From assembly GCA_023515725.1 (NCBI GenBank), contig JALDTO010000237.1, positions 479,573-543,572 on the forward strand: 64,000 nucleotides of DNA. The letters are read 5' to 3'. Position numbers and translations under genes: made by a program. The number at the start of each line of letters is the position of its first letter. Positions within the stretch are counted from its first letter, which is position 1. A model generated the notes under the pieces. It was not told where the DNA came from and made no database searches. It was given only the letters and a program-made list of their open reading frames with translations. The DNA comes from Amoeboaphelidium protococcarum X5. Taxonomy: Eukaryota; Fungi; Aphelidiomycota. Shown here in pieces: positions 1 through 12,323 of this stretch.

Positions 1-252
1 ATGACTGGCATTCTTTTACAGATTGAGTTTATGGAAAATTTAGGTATCAGGGACAGCCACGATATAATCAATCATCTTCTTTTCTTCCGCATTGTTAATA
101 GTCTGTTGATTATTAGACGCTTTTGATCTGCGTTCAGATTTAGATCTTGGAACTAGGCCACCATGTTGATTGAATACACCTGAGCCGTAGGCTATTATAG
201 CATCAAATTGTGTTACTGGAAGACACTTTTAAATTAGTTACAATTTATTCAT
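1..252 (-). CDS. TAM41: Mitochondrial phosphatidate cytidylyltransferase Tam41 (5' part; runs off window edge)
   Basis: Table-6 translation MNKLQLIQKC...AIIAYGSGVFNQ...KMIDYIVAVPDTQIFHKLNLQKNASH matches the Tam41 motifs AYGSGVF, MIDxIxAV and HxxNLxxNxxH. Confidence 0.85.
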
Positions 253-310
253 CAGTTTTCTTATAACTTATAATAGAACTAAAGGCAGAAAAGAGATATA
301 TTGAGTAAGT

Positions 311-1000
311 TCAATCTTTTAAAATCAGGGATGCCGCGTAATAATCCTCAGTTTGATCAAGCCATAGGATGCCTTCGGACAATAGACGCGCAAGAATCAA
401 CTCTATCCGCGGCTCATCCCACTGCAGTGTCTTCTTTATAAGATTTTTATTCAACAGTCCATCGTTTTAAGACGCCAGATCTAAAACTTTGCGGTCGTCT
501 TGCTGCATCTCACGCGGTACACTCTGCACAAAGTCTCGCCCACCAATCCGGATGATCTCAAAGCCATTACCGAACGGTTTCAGCGTCTTGATGGCGCGTC
601 TCACGTCACCGCTGCTTACGTTCTCAACGTTCAGGTTGCCTAACAGAGTATCCATATCTGTGAGTCCGCCTTGACTGTGCAGGATACACTGCTCTATAAC
701 TTTGACTGCGAGTTCATTATAAAAGTCTCCCAGAATGACATTGTACACGCTCTTACTGCTGTGTAGTGGATCAATTCCCACATTATTGCACATCTGATGA
801 AACTGGTCCCTGAACACTGGATCTGACATGATCTCTTTCTTGTACTTGACGGCAAACTGTGACAGCTGGCTTTTAAGCATTTCCAAATCTCGCTTTATAT
901 CTTCAATTTATATTTATTTTAACTCTGAGCCTTTCTCTTTGAGCTACTTCTAGTCCTGCTTCATTTTCTGCAGTCCAGCTATACCCACTCCTCTCCTCAT
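311..1000 (-). CDS. SNF8: ESCRT-II subunit Snf8/Vps22
   Basis: MRRGVGIAGL...FAVKYKKEIMSDPVFRDQFHQMCNNVGIDPL...GDFYNELAV...VQSVPREM...EGILWLDQ; one open frame ATG1000 to TGA311 with TAR=Gln. Confidence 0.93.
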
Positions 1001-2527
1001 ATTAAGTGTCTGTGTTAATGATTTTAATAGCGGATAGAGGAGGCTAATTAAACGGCAGAGTTTGAGATCGCGTAAGAGAAAACTTCAACGGTAATTCCAT
1101 ATGAAACAAAGCACTGTCTTGCAGTATGGAGTTTTGACTTGATCATTTGGCACACCGTGTATTGCGTCCTCATTCATTGGAGCTATTATTGGTAAGGATT
1201 ATAAACATACTTAGAGATAGGCAAATATATCAAACTACTGTAGTTCCGCTTCCAAGACGTCCTGGTCAGTATCGCGCCTTAGATCGTAACTTTCCATCAA
1301 TCAAGTTGTTGTTTGATGTGATGACTTATAAAGATCACTAGCGATGATTAGTTATTTGAGCTCATAAAGTTCTCTCTCCTAAGTTTCTCATGACTTATGT
1401 ACAATAAAAGACGGAGTGCTGTATGGTATACAGCTTATATATGCTTGACTGAAAAAAAGATTAGGACGGAGGTTAACGTGTCGCCATTGATGTCATTTGC
1501 ATTATACTGTATCAGGCTCAAATTTGCCAAGCACGAATAGCCCACGTAACACTAATGGTTTGGTAACCCGCTCAAATTTGTAAAATTCTTTATATCAACT
1601 CAAATATGGATAATCAATCGTTGATGCGGTAATTTACAAGATTACAGAAACTGGCAGAGAGAGATACAGCACTAGAAGCTTGACGCGCAAGAACAGACAT
1701 TGTAGACACAAGAAAAACAGACTGTGAATCTTTGATAATGCGGCGCTAAGAGAAGAAAGTATCAAATTGAAAGAGAAAAATGACTCGTTGTAAAATCAAG
1801 TCTCTGGTAGCAATAGAAGAATTGCTCAAATAGCGGACGAGTATAAGGATCTCCGCAACAAACTGCGCGATTTCGCGCTTTGCTGTAAGTTCATCTGCTA
1901 CTGCATGTAAACTAGAGAAATTTGTGGTAAAAACTTAGTCTTTGTACAATTGACACTATTATAATTGTGTTCTTTTGCGTAGATAACCATCTTAAAAGAA
2001 CTGTTAAGTGTTGCTTATCCTTCCTAAATGCTGGTTATATTTAAAGACGCGTGTGGTAATGATACCTTCCAAGTGAAGATTGATGCGTTCGCGATCTTTG
2101 GCTGATCAAGCACATTCGGTTTATTGAACCAGTGAATGTGTGTAAGTTAAGATTAATATATAGTTTCTATATTATATTGTAATCTCCATATCTTAAAGAA
2201 ATTTTTATTTAAATTTTGGTTCTCAATATGGAGTTTAGTTCGCGCGATATCTGACGTTGATACATCAGACGCTTTGTGTTTCAAGTTGTCTTTTACGGCA
2301 TGAATACGATTACTATTGCATTTCACGCACCTTCACTCTCTCTTTTTAAGTCGTCTCATTGTTATGCAAATAGTGAAGTGGCAATCAATGATTTAGTTCA
2401 TGTCTTTGAACACAAAGTTTCGAATGATGGGAAGCCCTTTGCTTGATCTCAACTTGCTACATAAATGCCTCAAACACGCCGTTGAGATAATCATTCATCA
2501 GTTTGGTTAGAAGCGTGAGACGTCGGC

Positions 2528-4150
2528 ATGAGCCCGTTTCGGCAAGGCGAATTCATCCACTTTTCCTCATCGTTCCTATCGATCGTTGTATGCCTGTTTC
2601 AGAGATTCCAATCAGCAACTTTAGTCTCTATATCGCTTATTGCATCACTCTATTTAGTTTAACCATATCGTTTAAATAACTAAAGTTCCCCTGATGGACG
2701 AATCTGCAGAAGCTTATTCGGAGCCGAGGCCATGCCTAAAGATTTTCAAGTATAAACCATACTGCGAGCAATGAGCAATTAAAATACATTCACAGTCTGC
2801 CCAACAGGGAGTGGCAAGTCATTCATCTACTTGGCATTATAGAGATTAATGCCTAGTAAATCGGTCCTGGTAGTGACGCCAACAATTGCATTGGAGAAGG
2901 ATGCATCAGACAAGGCTAGATAATTAGGATTTACAGCAGTCACCAATTATGCTACACTTTTGCAGGATATTTCAAGTGTATAGCCATCATTGATCTTTGT
3001 GGCGGTGGAGCACTTGGAGTATGGCACGTACCATTCACTGATGACTTACCTGGTAGGGACAGACTAGCTAGGATGCATAGTAATAGACGAAATCCACGTG
3101 TACATACTATGGCAAGAATTCAGACCACAAATGCTTAATCTTAGCTTGGCAAGACTGTATAACGCGCCATTGATAATGCTATCAGCAACAATGCCAAATG
3201 CATATATGCGGGACATAGTCAGAGATTGGTAATTAAAGGCGGCAGCAGTCAGACTACTAAATGTCAAGCCAGCAACAAGATATTCCAGAGTGACAGTATC
3301 AGAAGCACAAGCTCTAGCTTTGATCCAATAAAAGGCGAGGCAATTAGAGCGACACGGTAAGATGGTGGTGGTGTTCTGCTACAGAATTGCTGATGTCACC
3401 AAACTGCAAAGATCTGTACTTGTTCCTGCTAGTTAATACTACCACGCGCTTGAGGACAAAGACACATAGATGAGCAACTTCATGAACGGGACCACCAATG
3501 TGATGATATGCAGTAATTCAGTTGGACTGGGCGTGGACATTCCTAATATCAGAGCAGTGTATCATTACGGGCCCTCATACACCTTGATTGATTATGTTCA
3601 AGAGACTGGCAGAGCTGGAAGAGATGGACGTCCGTGCGAAGCAATACTTTTGGATGTAGGCAAGGCAAGGCATGTGAATGATCCTGTTATGACTGTGTAC
3701 TGCAGAGACTTGGCAACTTGCAGAAGAGAGTTGATGCACAGAGAGATTGATGGAGAAGATCTGATGACGTGTAACAGATTAGGCATAGTAAGTTGTGATA
3801 ATTGTGCATTGCAAGGACGACAGGGAAGACCAGATTGGCAACATATCAACTGGAGAGAGCGCCTTAGAATAGAATAGTTTGGCGACGAGGACATGGCAAA
3901 ATTTAAATTCTACCTCTTTGTAAACCTTTATGAACTGGCATATGCTTTGGGATTAGATCTAGCTCTTGAAGTCAGCCTGAAGTTCCTCGTCTTAACTGTA
4001 TCCTCGTATAGCTACATTTGCGCTAAGGCGATTCTCAAGCCTTAGGACTCGGTGCAATGGCTTCTCTGCGGACCGGACTGTCTGCTCTCAGCTCTGTATG
4101 AAGAAGTCTGGAAAGTACGGATAGCCGGAATCAAACGACGATACGAGTGA
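2528..4150 (+). CDS. RecQ-like SF2 helicase (telomere-linked-helicase-like architecture; start uncertain)
   Basis: Motif I CPTGSGKS, Ia VVTPTIAL, II DEIH, III SAT, V GLGVDIPNIR, VI QETGRAGRDG, and Zn-binding CRR...CDNC; open to TGA at 4148. Confidence 0.8.
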
Positions 4151-6202
4151 GTCGCTTTTAAAACGACTAGACTCTTCACCCTTATATACTCCCCGTTTCA
4201 ATTGGCATCAACCATGGTACTACCGTACAGACAAGAACAAAGTAATGCCGGGAGATAATTTGAAGTATAGCTCTACAAGCAAAGTGTTCACTTTATCAAA
4301 AACAGTGGTAAAACCACTTAGCCGCTCAGAATTGCTGATTAAACTGAAATGATGTAAAAGATAGTGTCAAGTCAGTCTGGTGATACTTTGAAGAATCATA
4401 AAATGCAATATTATATTCCAAAGCAATTCATTCTGTGTGATTGACATTCTATCACTTTCTACCACTGGTTCTTACCTGAATTACGAATTTCTAGGCCGCA
4501 GGTGCAACAGCTTCATCTTCAACCAAAAATCCAGACAGCAACTTGTTCTCGTCAATCGCAGCACGTACCGTTGCGGTATCACCAATCTTTCTCTTTGGCA
4601 CAATACCATCAACGAGCAAGGCCATTCTCGCTGCACTCTTGACACTGCAATTTGGATATAATTCCTACAAACATTAATGTGTACTAGCAACTAAAGCTGG
4701 AGGCGGGCCTGCACGACGTCCTTGACGCTGAGGAGATACAACAGGTGCCCTTAATTGCCTTAATACTCGCCTTCTCCTTGTTTCGCGATTCTTTTCAGTT
4801 TGTTGAGGCATTATTTTTTTAGAATTCTTAATGTGCAGATGGAGCCAATGTATTTTTGCAAAGAAGGTAGCATAATACAGAGCTGCTTGAATATTATCAG
4901 GTGGGATTGGAACCGGTTTGATTCGATGACTTGATTTTTCACGCTGATGTGGCGTGGGAATGATGCCATCACTCAGCTTATAAGGCGATCGCACTACTTC
5001 CTCTCTTTTCTCCTCCTTGTGCGGTAAGTCATTATTTTATATTTAATTATACATTTATTAACTTCACATTTTATGTAGTTGTTGCTCGCTCTTGCTGCTG
5101 CATGTGGATATGCCTCATTCTGCTTTTTATACCGGGTATCATGTGTTCGTCTTGCTGCATCGATGGGGTGGCTGTTTACTCGTCCACGCTACACTGCTGC
5201 TCATGGTGTATGTTTACGCTGTACTCTCTGCTAAGTCTCCTCTGAACGTCTCTTCTGCCGCATCTCGTCTGTCCAATCCACTTCTATTGTGTTCACTTGG
5301 CATGTCGCTTCCGTTTAGGATACGGCATGTCACTATGCGTGGCACATAGGCGACTCAGTCGCTGGGCCTTCCGTTTCAGGATGACCTGGGTCCTTTTGTT
5401 GTTACGTGCAGCCATTCGCTTACGCAACCTCCTACCCATATAGGATTTAGGGAGTCCTAGTAACTCGGGACATGTGTTTTATCTATATAGCCCTGTTTCT
5501 TATAGATCAAAGCCCTTGTCGATAAGCAGAGTTTACATTTGGGAAGAAGGGAGGACTCTAACCCGACATGCCGGCTGGGCTGAGCTGGTGTGGGATGAAA
5601 AAATTTGATGAGAATCAAGAGCAGTGGAACGCGTAATAGTAGGAGCTGGCTTATCTCAAGAAGAATAGTGCCTAATTGAAGAACGATTATGACTTTTTAT
5701 CAGACAAAATTGGTTACAACACTGCTTGAATCGGATAACTTAAAGCTGAATTAAGAGAGATGATTTAAGATTAGTTGCATGATTTAAGTCTGTAAACCAT
5801 TATGTCTGTGAAATCTAGCCAATTAGCTCATCAAATGGTAATTTCACTTTGTGATAAAGTAATTATTTGATATTTGATTGTTCTTACTTGTAGATCAAAA
5901 TCCTCAATGTTAGCTTTGTGATAGTTTGCATTTGTTACGCGATCGCCATCAAAATTGCGACCACCGTTTCGAGTGCTGATCAGCTGGTGACAGTGTTAAC
6001 TGGCTGGATGCCTACTTTAGGCCTATTTATGGTTGCGTACTACAGAGCACTAAGGAACATTTACTATCACTAGGCGAGCGTTGAGAACTATAACCAGCAG
6101 CTACAGTCATTCGAAAATTTGCAACAATAAGGAAACGATTAGTGATAGCTGAAATCAATCAAGATATTAAGATGTTTATTACCACAATACAATTTTTAAA
6201 GT

Positions 6203-7201
6203 TCACTTTACTTATCTGGCCTAATAGTTCCATGGAGCGTACTAAAGGTCGCCATCTACAGAAGTCTCAACTTCAACATTCTCAGGCACGACAGGCTTCT
6301 CTACTTCAGCGGCACCTTTCAACGCGCTCTATCCACCAATCGACAACAGAAATTCTTCATAATCTGCTTCCATCTTCCTAGATCGTTCCTCTGCTTTCTT
6401 TATATGATCAGGATCACTAGAAAGAGGGCACTAATTCTATTGATGTGCAGTATCGCCACAGATCTGACAACCTGTAACTGCCAGCTTACCGCTTTCATCG
6501 ACATTAACACCATTAAGCTTCGCAAGTTCCACCAGCTATTATCGCCTCATCTCAACTACAGATTCTGGATCGGTACATGCCTTCTCAAGTATATCATTCA
6601 CTAATTTAACACCTGCGACAAGATTCTCTTCATTCTCAGCCATTATAAGAGCATGTAGATCGTCATCCATTCCCTCTTGACCGGCATTAGAGCGAGCATC
6701 AGCTCTATCCTTCTCCGCACCGCGACCACGTATAGATATTTTCACTCCAGCCTACTACTCGAGACTTTGAAGATACTTTCCACGTGGGCCTATCAGCAAA
6801 CCCATGAAATTAATCTCGGGGAAATCCCGCACTGGAATGTATATCCGCTCATTTAATTTAGGCGTCCGGCGATAATCTGCTGGGGGCTTGTACAAGTGAT
6901 CAGCATCACACGCCTCTTCAATCAACTAATTTCTCTCCTCCTCCAGTCGCGTCCGATATCTAACATCTCTTGTATTAATTCTCTTCATGTCCTCATCATA
7001 TTCAGGCTCAGGACTAGGGGATCGCGGCCTACTCCCGTTATACTCTGGAAACACATTACCTGTGCGAAGCATCTGTGTAATTTCCTCAATCCTAATAATG
7101 CGCATGTACTACCTTAGCTAGTCATCGTTCATGTACATTGGAATAATCGCAGGAAATCCCGGAATCACAAGCTTTTCACTATCTGGCCCCCACTTGGTCA
7201 T
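6203..7201 (-). CDS. MSL5: Branchpoint-binding protein / splicing factor 1
   Basis: RSPSPEPEYD, RINTR, KH domain INFMGLLIGPRG...KISIRGRG...DDLHALIMA, QUA2 region and zinc knuckle CQICGDTAHQQNQC. Confidence 0.92.
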
Positions 7202-7335
7202 AATCTTGAATTTGTTTAACGTTTTAACGCGTTATATGAGTTTTACTTGGAAGAGATCGCGTTTTCTTTTCAAAGAGGAATTCGCCGTAAATCTTTGAAT
7301 TTCTTTTTTCGTTGTCAGATTGGTGTTGAAACAAC

Positions 7336-9282
7336 ATGTTTAATCCCTCAAATGGAAGTATGCTGAACCAAACACGTAATAACAGTGTTAAAACTCAATC
7401 CACTTATCGTAAGAAGAAGATCAAGGTATATAAGGATGATATTACTGATGTAAATTCCCAGGAATGTTCAAGGTCCTCTCAAGAAAATGACTTTTAACTG
7501 CACAGCTCTCAAAATTCCTCCGTCTCTAGCTAGCCAGTGCAGAAGAGAAGAACCATTCAAAGTGTCAAATGTTCCACTATGAATTCCTTCAGTAGAACTG
7601 AGAGTAGTGTATCTGCTGAAAGTGTTGGTGTCAAGCTTTATGGATTAAAGTCTGTGTTCAAAGCATCATCTCAGAGCAGTTCTATTACCACCTTGGACAA
7701 CGACGACGACGACTCGTTGACGACTGAAACGCGACTGGGAGAAGAGTATCTGGTCAAGTATCAAAACGCGTCTCAGTCAAACTCTGATTAGTAGTAATTG
7801 CCATGTGCATCTTAATGTTCATCATCTCTTGGTGCCTCTCCATAGGATGACTAAGTTTAATTGGCTCAGTGTGTTGAAGTAAAGACTGTGAGTGAACTCC
7901 GATTCAATGGTGAATTCTAGCGGTTCTCTGATGGAATATCATTTCTGATTGATGGTCTTCAGTCTGATCAAAGTCTATCTGTACAACAAAATAGGTAAAT
8001 TTAACTATATTTTACCATAAAGATTAAATGAGCGTCTAGGTAGTATAGTTGAAATCATGTTAAAGTGCAAAGATAAAGAATTTCTTGAAAGACTCTGCAT
8101 CACTCAGAATCATGAGAAAATCTTGGGCTTACTCTGCGGATATAAAGACTAGGTATGATTGACTCAATACATTATGAACGAGCTGTTAGATTGCTTGTAT
8201 TTGTGTAGGTGATCGTGTGTGCTTTAATTGTTATGATAAGACTTGTGTATCTGAGTGCTAAGAATTTTCTATCACCGTCGCTGGTTAGCTATCCTTTAAC
8301 TAAGTTGCCTGATATTCTGGATTAATAATCTGAAATACGTGTCAGCAAAAAGCAATAGAAGCTTTTAAATGAGCTTTATGAACTGGTTGATGATCCTGAC
8401 ATGTAAATAGTTTTTATTAAATGCTGCCACGATATCTGTTGTGATAGTAATCTGAGAACTGTTCTCGGTCAAATTGATGGAATTGCAGAGGAATGGTTTG
8501 CTCATTTGATTCTTAAATTACCGTGCATTAATACATAGCTTAAGACTCAGATTCTTACCGTGCTAGGTAGTGTATGTCTGCATAATCCTAAGCTTTTAAA
8601 ATGTGCATACGATATCATCTTGCCCATGATGTAGTCTCTCAATGATGAATCTACCTCATACAATCATCATCTTTACACAATTTATCTGAACATCTGCTTG
8701 AAACTTACGCACGACTGGAAAGAGTTTATACTATGGCTTCATTAGTAGGCGGACAATGCTTGGATGTCCTCTCAAATTGCTAGAATCAGCGAAGCCATTA
8801 AGAAAATAACTTTAATTGTACATGAAGACCATGGACAGGTTGGTGAGGCCGAGACTATATGCTCGCATATCACAATGTCAGCTTGCTCACTAATTAACTT
8901 ATTTTAATGCAATGATCCGCCTATATTCGATGCAGCTCTTTATGAGTCAATTGCTAAAAACTGCATTTAGACTCTTAGATTACTGGACCAGCTGCAATCT
9001 CATCCTCTGCTCGAATCTTAACTGATTTCAGCCTCATTCCTATGCTACCTCATTGTATTATTGGTCATGAAGTAGTTAACATTAGAACCAGTATTTGTCA
9101 AAGTATTCAGTGACTCTGATGTCCAAATTGTTAATTAGGTGCTTCAAGCGTATGTTACAAGTCAATAGGAAGTTATGAAGAGGGAAGAAGTGTCGGCTCA
9201 AGACTCTGCGAAGTAACAGCACATTGTCGAGAATTTCCAGCAAGCTTTATCATACTTGAACTAAAGAAGAGCTGAAGAGTGA
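7336..9282 (+). CDS. WAPL: Wings-apart-like (Wapl) cohesin release factor; about 2 short introns near 7995-8200, boundaries approximate
   Basis: Ser-rich N-terminus with TYRKKK, then VKTVSELRFNGEFQRFSDGISFLIDGL resembling the start of the WAPL domain, then a helical-repeat region; ends TGA 9280. Confidence 0.6.
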
Positions 9283-9345
9283 AATGAATGATACTGTACG
9301 GTATAAGTGATGATGAATAAATCTGTCTACTTATTCCCCCCAATA

Positions 9346-11187
9346 TCAATGATTCGACTTCTCACCAGTAGCCTACTACTATTATTCCGAGATGTGAATG
9401 GCTTGAATATCAGGCTTCATAGCAGGGAACAACAGCACTTCTTTAATATTGGCAGAATTAGTCAAGAACATCGCCAATCGATCAATACCAAGACCCCAAC
9501 CGCCAGTAGGAGGCAGACCATACTCAAGAGCAGTACAGAATGTCTCATCAATCAGCTGAGCCTCATCGTCACCTGCAGCCTTATCGTTAGCCTACTACTC
9601 AAATCTATCGCGCTAGTCCATAGGATCGTTCAACTCGGTGTAAGCATTACAAATCTCCTTGGTGGCGACAAAGCACTCGAAGCGCTCACACAGTCCCGGG
9701 ATGGAACGATGCTTCTTGGCCAGAGGAGACATAACCTACGGATGACCCACAATGAAAGTTGGCGAGATGCATTAAGACTCCAGGTACTCACCCACCAGCT
9801 TATCCAACAGTCTGGTTGCAGTTCTCGGTGCACCACATTCCACCTTGTTCTCAACACACAACTTATCCAAGAACTGGCGCGCAGACTCCGTACCCAACTC
9901 AGTGGCTGGTGGAAATTTGACCTTCAGCACCTTCTCCAGCTCTTCAAACATGTTGATACGCCTGAACGGAGGCTTGAAGTTGATGACCATAGGCTCAGGA
10001 TCATCGACATGCGCGTGATACTTCACTTCATAACTTCCCTTCACAGCCATGACGACACCACTCAGAAACTCTTCAGTGATGCGCATCAGATCTTCATAAT
10101 CAGCGTACGCCTGATAAAACTCACACGTGGTAAACTCTGGATTATGCGTCATATCAATACTCTCATTTCTGAACTGTCTACCAATCTCGTACACTCTATC
10201 AAGGCCACCGACAACCAGCATCTTCAGATACAACTCAGGAGCAATGCGCATAAACAGGTCCAGATTCAAATCATTATGATGAGTAACAAACGGCTTGGCA
10301 GTTGCACCTCCAGCGATTTAACTCATCATCGGAGTCTCCACCTCAATGAAGCCTCTAGTGTCAAGAAACTGTCTCAGGAACTAGATTATCTTGCTTCTAA
10401 TGATGAATTTATCTCGCACCTACTCATTCATGATCAGATCCAAGTAGCGATGTCTGTATCGCAACTCCTAATCTTTGAATCCATAAAATGCACTAGGAAG
10501 CATGTGAAGACATGGCGACAATAGAGTAACTTCCCGGGCAAAGACAGACAACTCACCATGACGCGTACGACCAGGATATCCAACGACACCAATGATATCA
10601 CCTCTTCTGATGATATCGTGCATAGCCACAAAGTTAGTAGGGCAGTCCGAAGCATTAGCATGAATCTAAACTTTGGATCCATCAGAAATTAAATCGTAAA
10701 ACTTCAGCTTCTTACCAGCCGTACGGATAGACTACACTCTACCAGCCACCTGGATCTTGATATCCTGCAGCCCTTCTTCAGGCTTCAAATGATCGTATTA
10801 TTGAGTAAAGTTCTTCACCGATGTAGATACATGGAACTTGTGCGGATATGCGGCATCTTTCAAATCAGCCACCATCTTCTTTCTCATGTCAAAGTACTGA
10901 GCAGGTGTCAGCGAAGACTCATCCACCACATTCTCCTTGACGGCGGCCTGTGCACCACCATTACCACCAGCAGCGCCTCCCTTCTACTTCAACTTCTCAG
11001 CCTTCTCAGCATCTTTGGCGCGTTTCTTCTCGCGTCGCTTCAACTCCGATTTGGAAACCATCTCGCCAGTTACCGGATCCAGCAGTTGTCTCTCTTCGCC
11101 ACCTGCTGCTGTAGTCTTTGCGCCTTACTATCCATCTAGAGTCGCGTCCTGCATCTACTTTGCAATATCTTTAACACTATCAGCCAT
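9346..11187 (-). CDS. KRS1: Cytosolic lysyl-tRNA synthetase (class II)
   Basis: [60 protein letters not shown]; intronless, 613 aa. Confidence 0.97.
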
Positions 11188-11565
11188 TGCTCTCTTTATT
11201 GTGATATTACTATGTGAACTATGCAATAAATTTAGTTTGTATGTCGTGCCAAAGTTTTATAGAATACTACAATGTCGCGAGATAAAGTTCCTAAGCATTT
11301 ATCACAACAAACCTGGGCGGGAAAACTAAAAAAAGGTGAAGAAATCTCTGAGCGCGCGCCTTTGAGATGTTCGTTTCGGTTGATCTTTGATCGATCAGCG
11401 GCGTGTTGTCTTCCACTGGGATGATGTGCATCCATCTACCTTGATCAGTGAGTAGAGTGTATCAATTGAGCCTCTAAATATGATACCATGAAGCATTTGT
11501 GATAAAAATAATATTTTAAAATATATGTATCCATCAACATCTGATAAATAATACATTCTAGACAT

Positions 11566-12159
11566 TCATTAGTGGCGGGATCTCTTCTTGAGCGGAGACT
11601 ATGGTTAAATCTGACCAACAACAGCGGCGGAACCATTTTCAGCGTCCATCGTCGCCGGTTATGCAACAATACTTGGCCTCAGCTATCTGATCATTTCGAA
11701 ATCGGCAAAACTGATATCATCGCTGATATTCCTACTTAATTATTGAGAGCTGGCACGTCGTTCCTGCAGCTATCTCTACATGGCTTCCTTCATCATCACG
11801 TCTTGACGCCCGTTGAGGTAATCAATCATAACATCGCCATTAATCAATCGCTACTATTATCGCTGAGATGCAGATTATGGCAGAGTAGTTCCGCTTGAAT
11901 ATAATTATTATTAAGCAGCACCGAGAATATTAATATCAGTCATGGGTACAGACAATATTAGCTAGATGATATCTTGTAGACAGCTCTGATATCCAGCTTT
12001 GAATGATTCCATATCACCGCCATCCTAAACAGATTAGTTACTCTATTGTTACATCGCTAATGCATCTTTGTATAATTTAGTCAATGCAGTCGCTGCTTAT
12101 CTAAAAGAGCCAGCTAAAACTTCCTACTGAATATCATCGCCTTTATTAGAATTCATCAT
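11566..12159 (-). CDS. HAPSTR1/C16orf72-like (fungal YJR056C-like) protein
   Basis: LAGSFRQAATALTKLYKDA...FKAGYQSCLQDI resembles the family pattern FxxAAxxVTxLYK...GYxxxLxD; 197 aa. Confidence 0.55.
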
Positions 12160-12323
12160 TGAATTGTATCAGTATTTTGGCACAAATTTCAAAGTGTTCA
12201 AAACGAAGAAAAGTGAAAGATTGTCTGCTCTACGATCTGCATCATCATCGGTTATAAAATAGTTAGTCAAGATGGAACATTTAATATCATAGCATAACCG
12301 CAGAATATATTTCATTTTATATC

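Noticed and set aside
1607-1920. Short coiled-coil-like frame
   Set aside because: Interrupted by TGA, with no recognisable family.
4452-5450. Minus-strand basic ORF (ATG 4811 to TGA 4452) and upstream fragments
   Set aside because: No motif recognised and the neighbouring frames are broken; it may be element debris but cannot be supported.
9307-10524. 405-aa plus-strand ORF in the supplied track
   Set aside because: It is the antisense shadow of lysyl-tRNA synthetase. The same applies to the shadow ORFs over PHB1, CCDC6, CYP51, PFKFB and the secreted protein.
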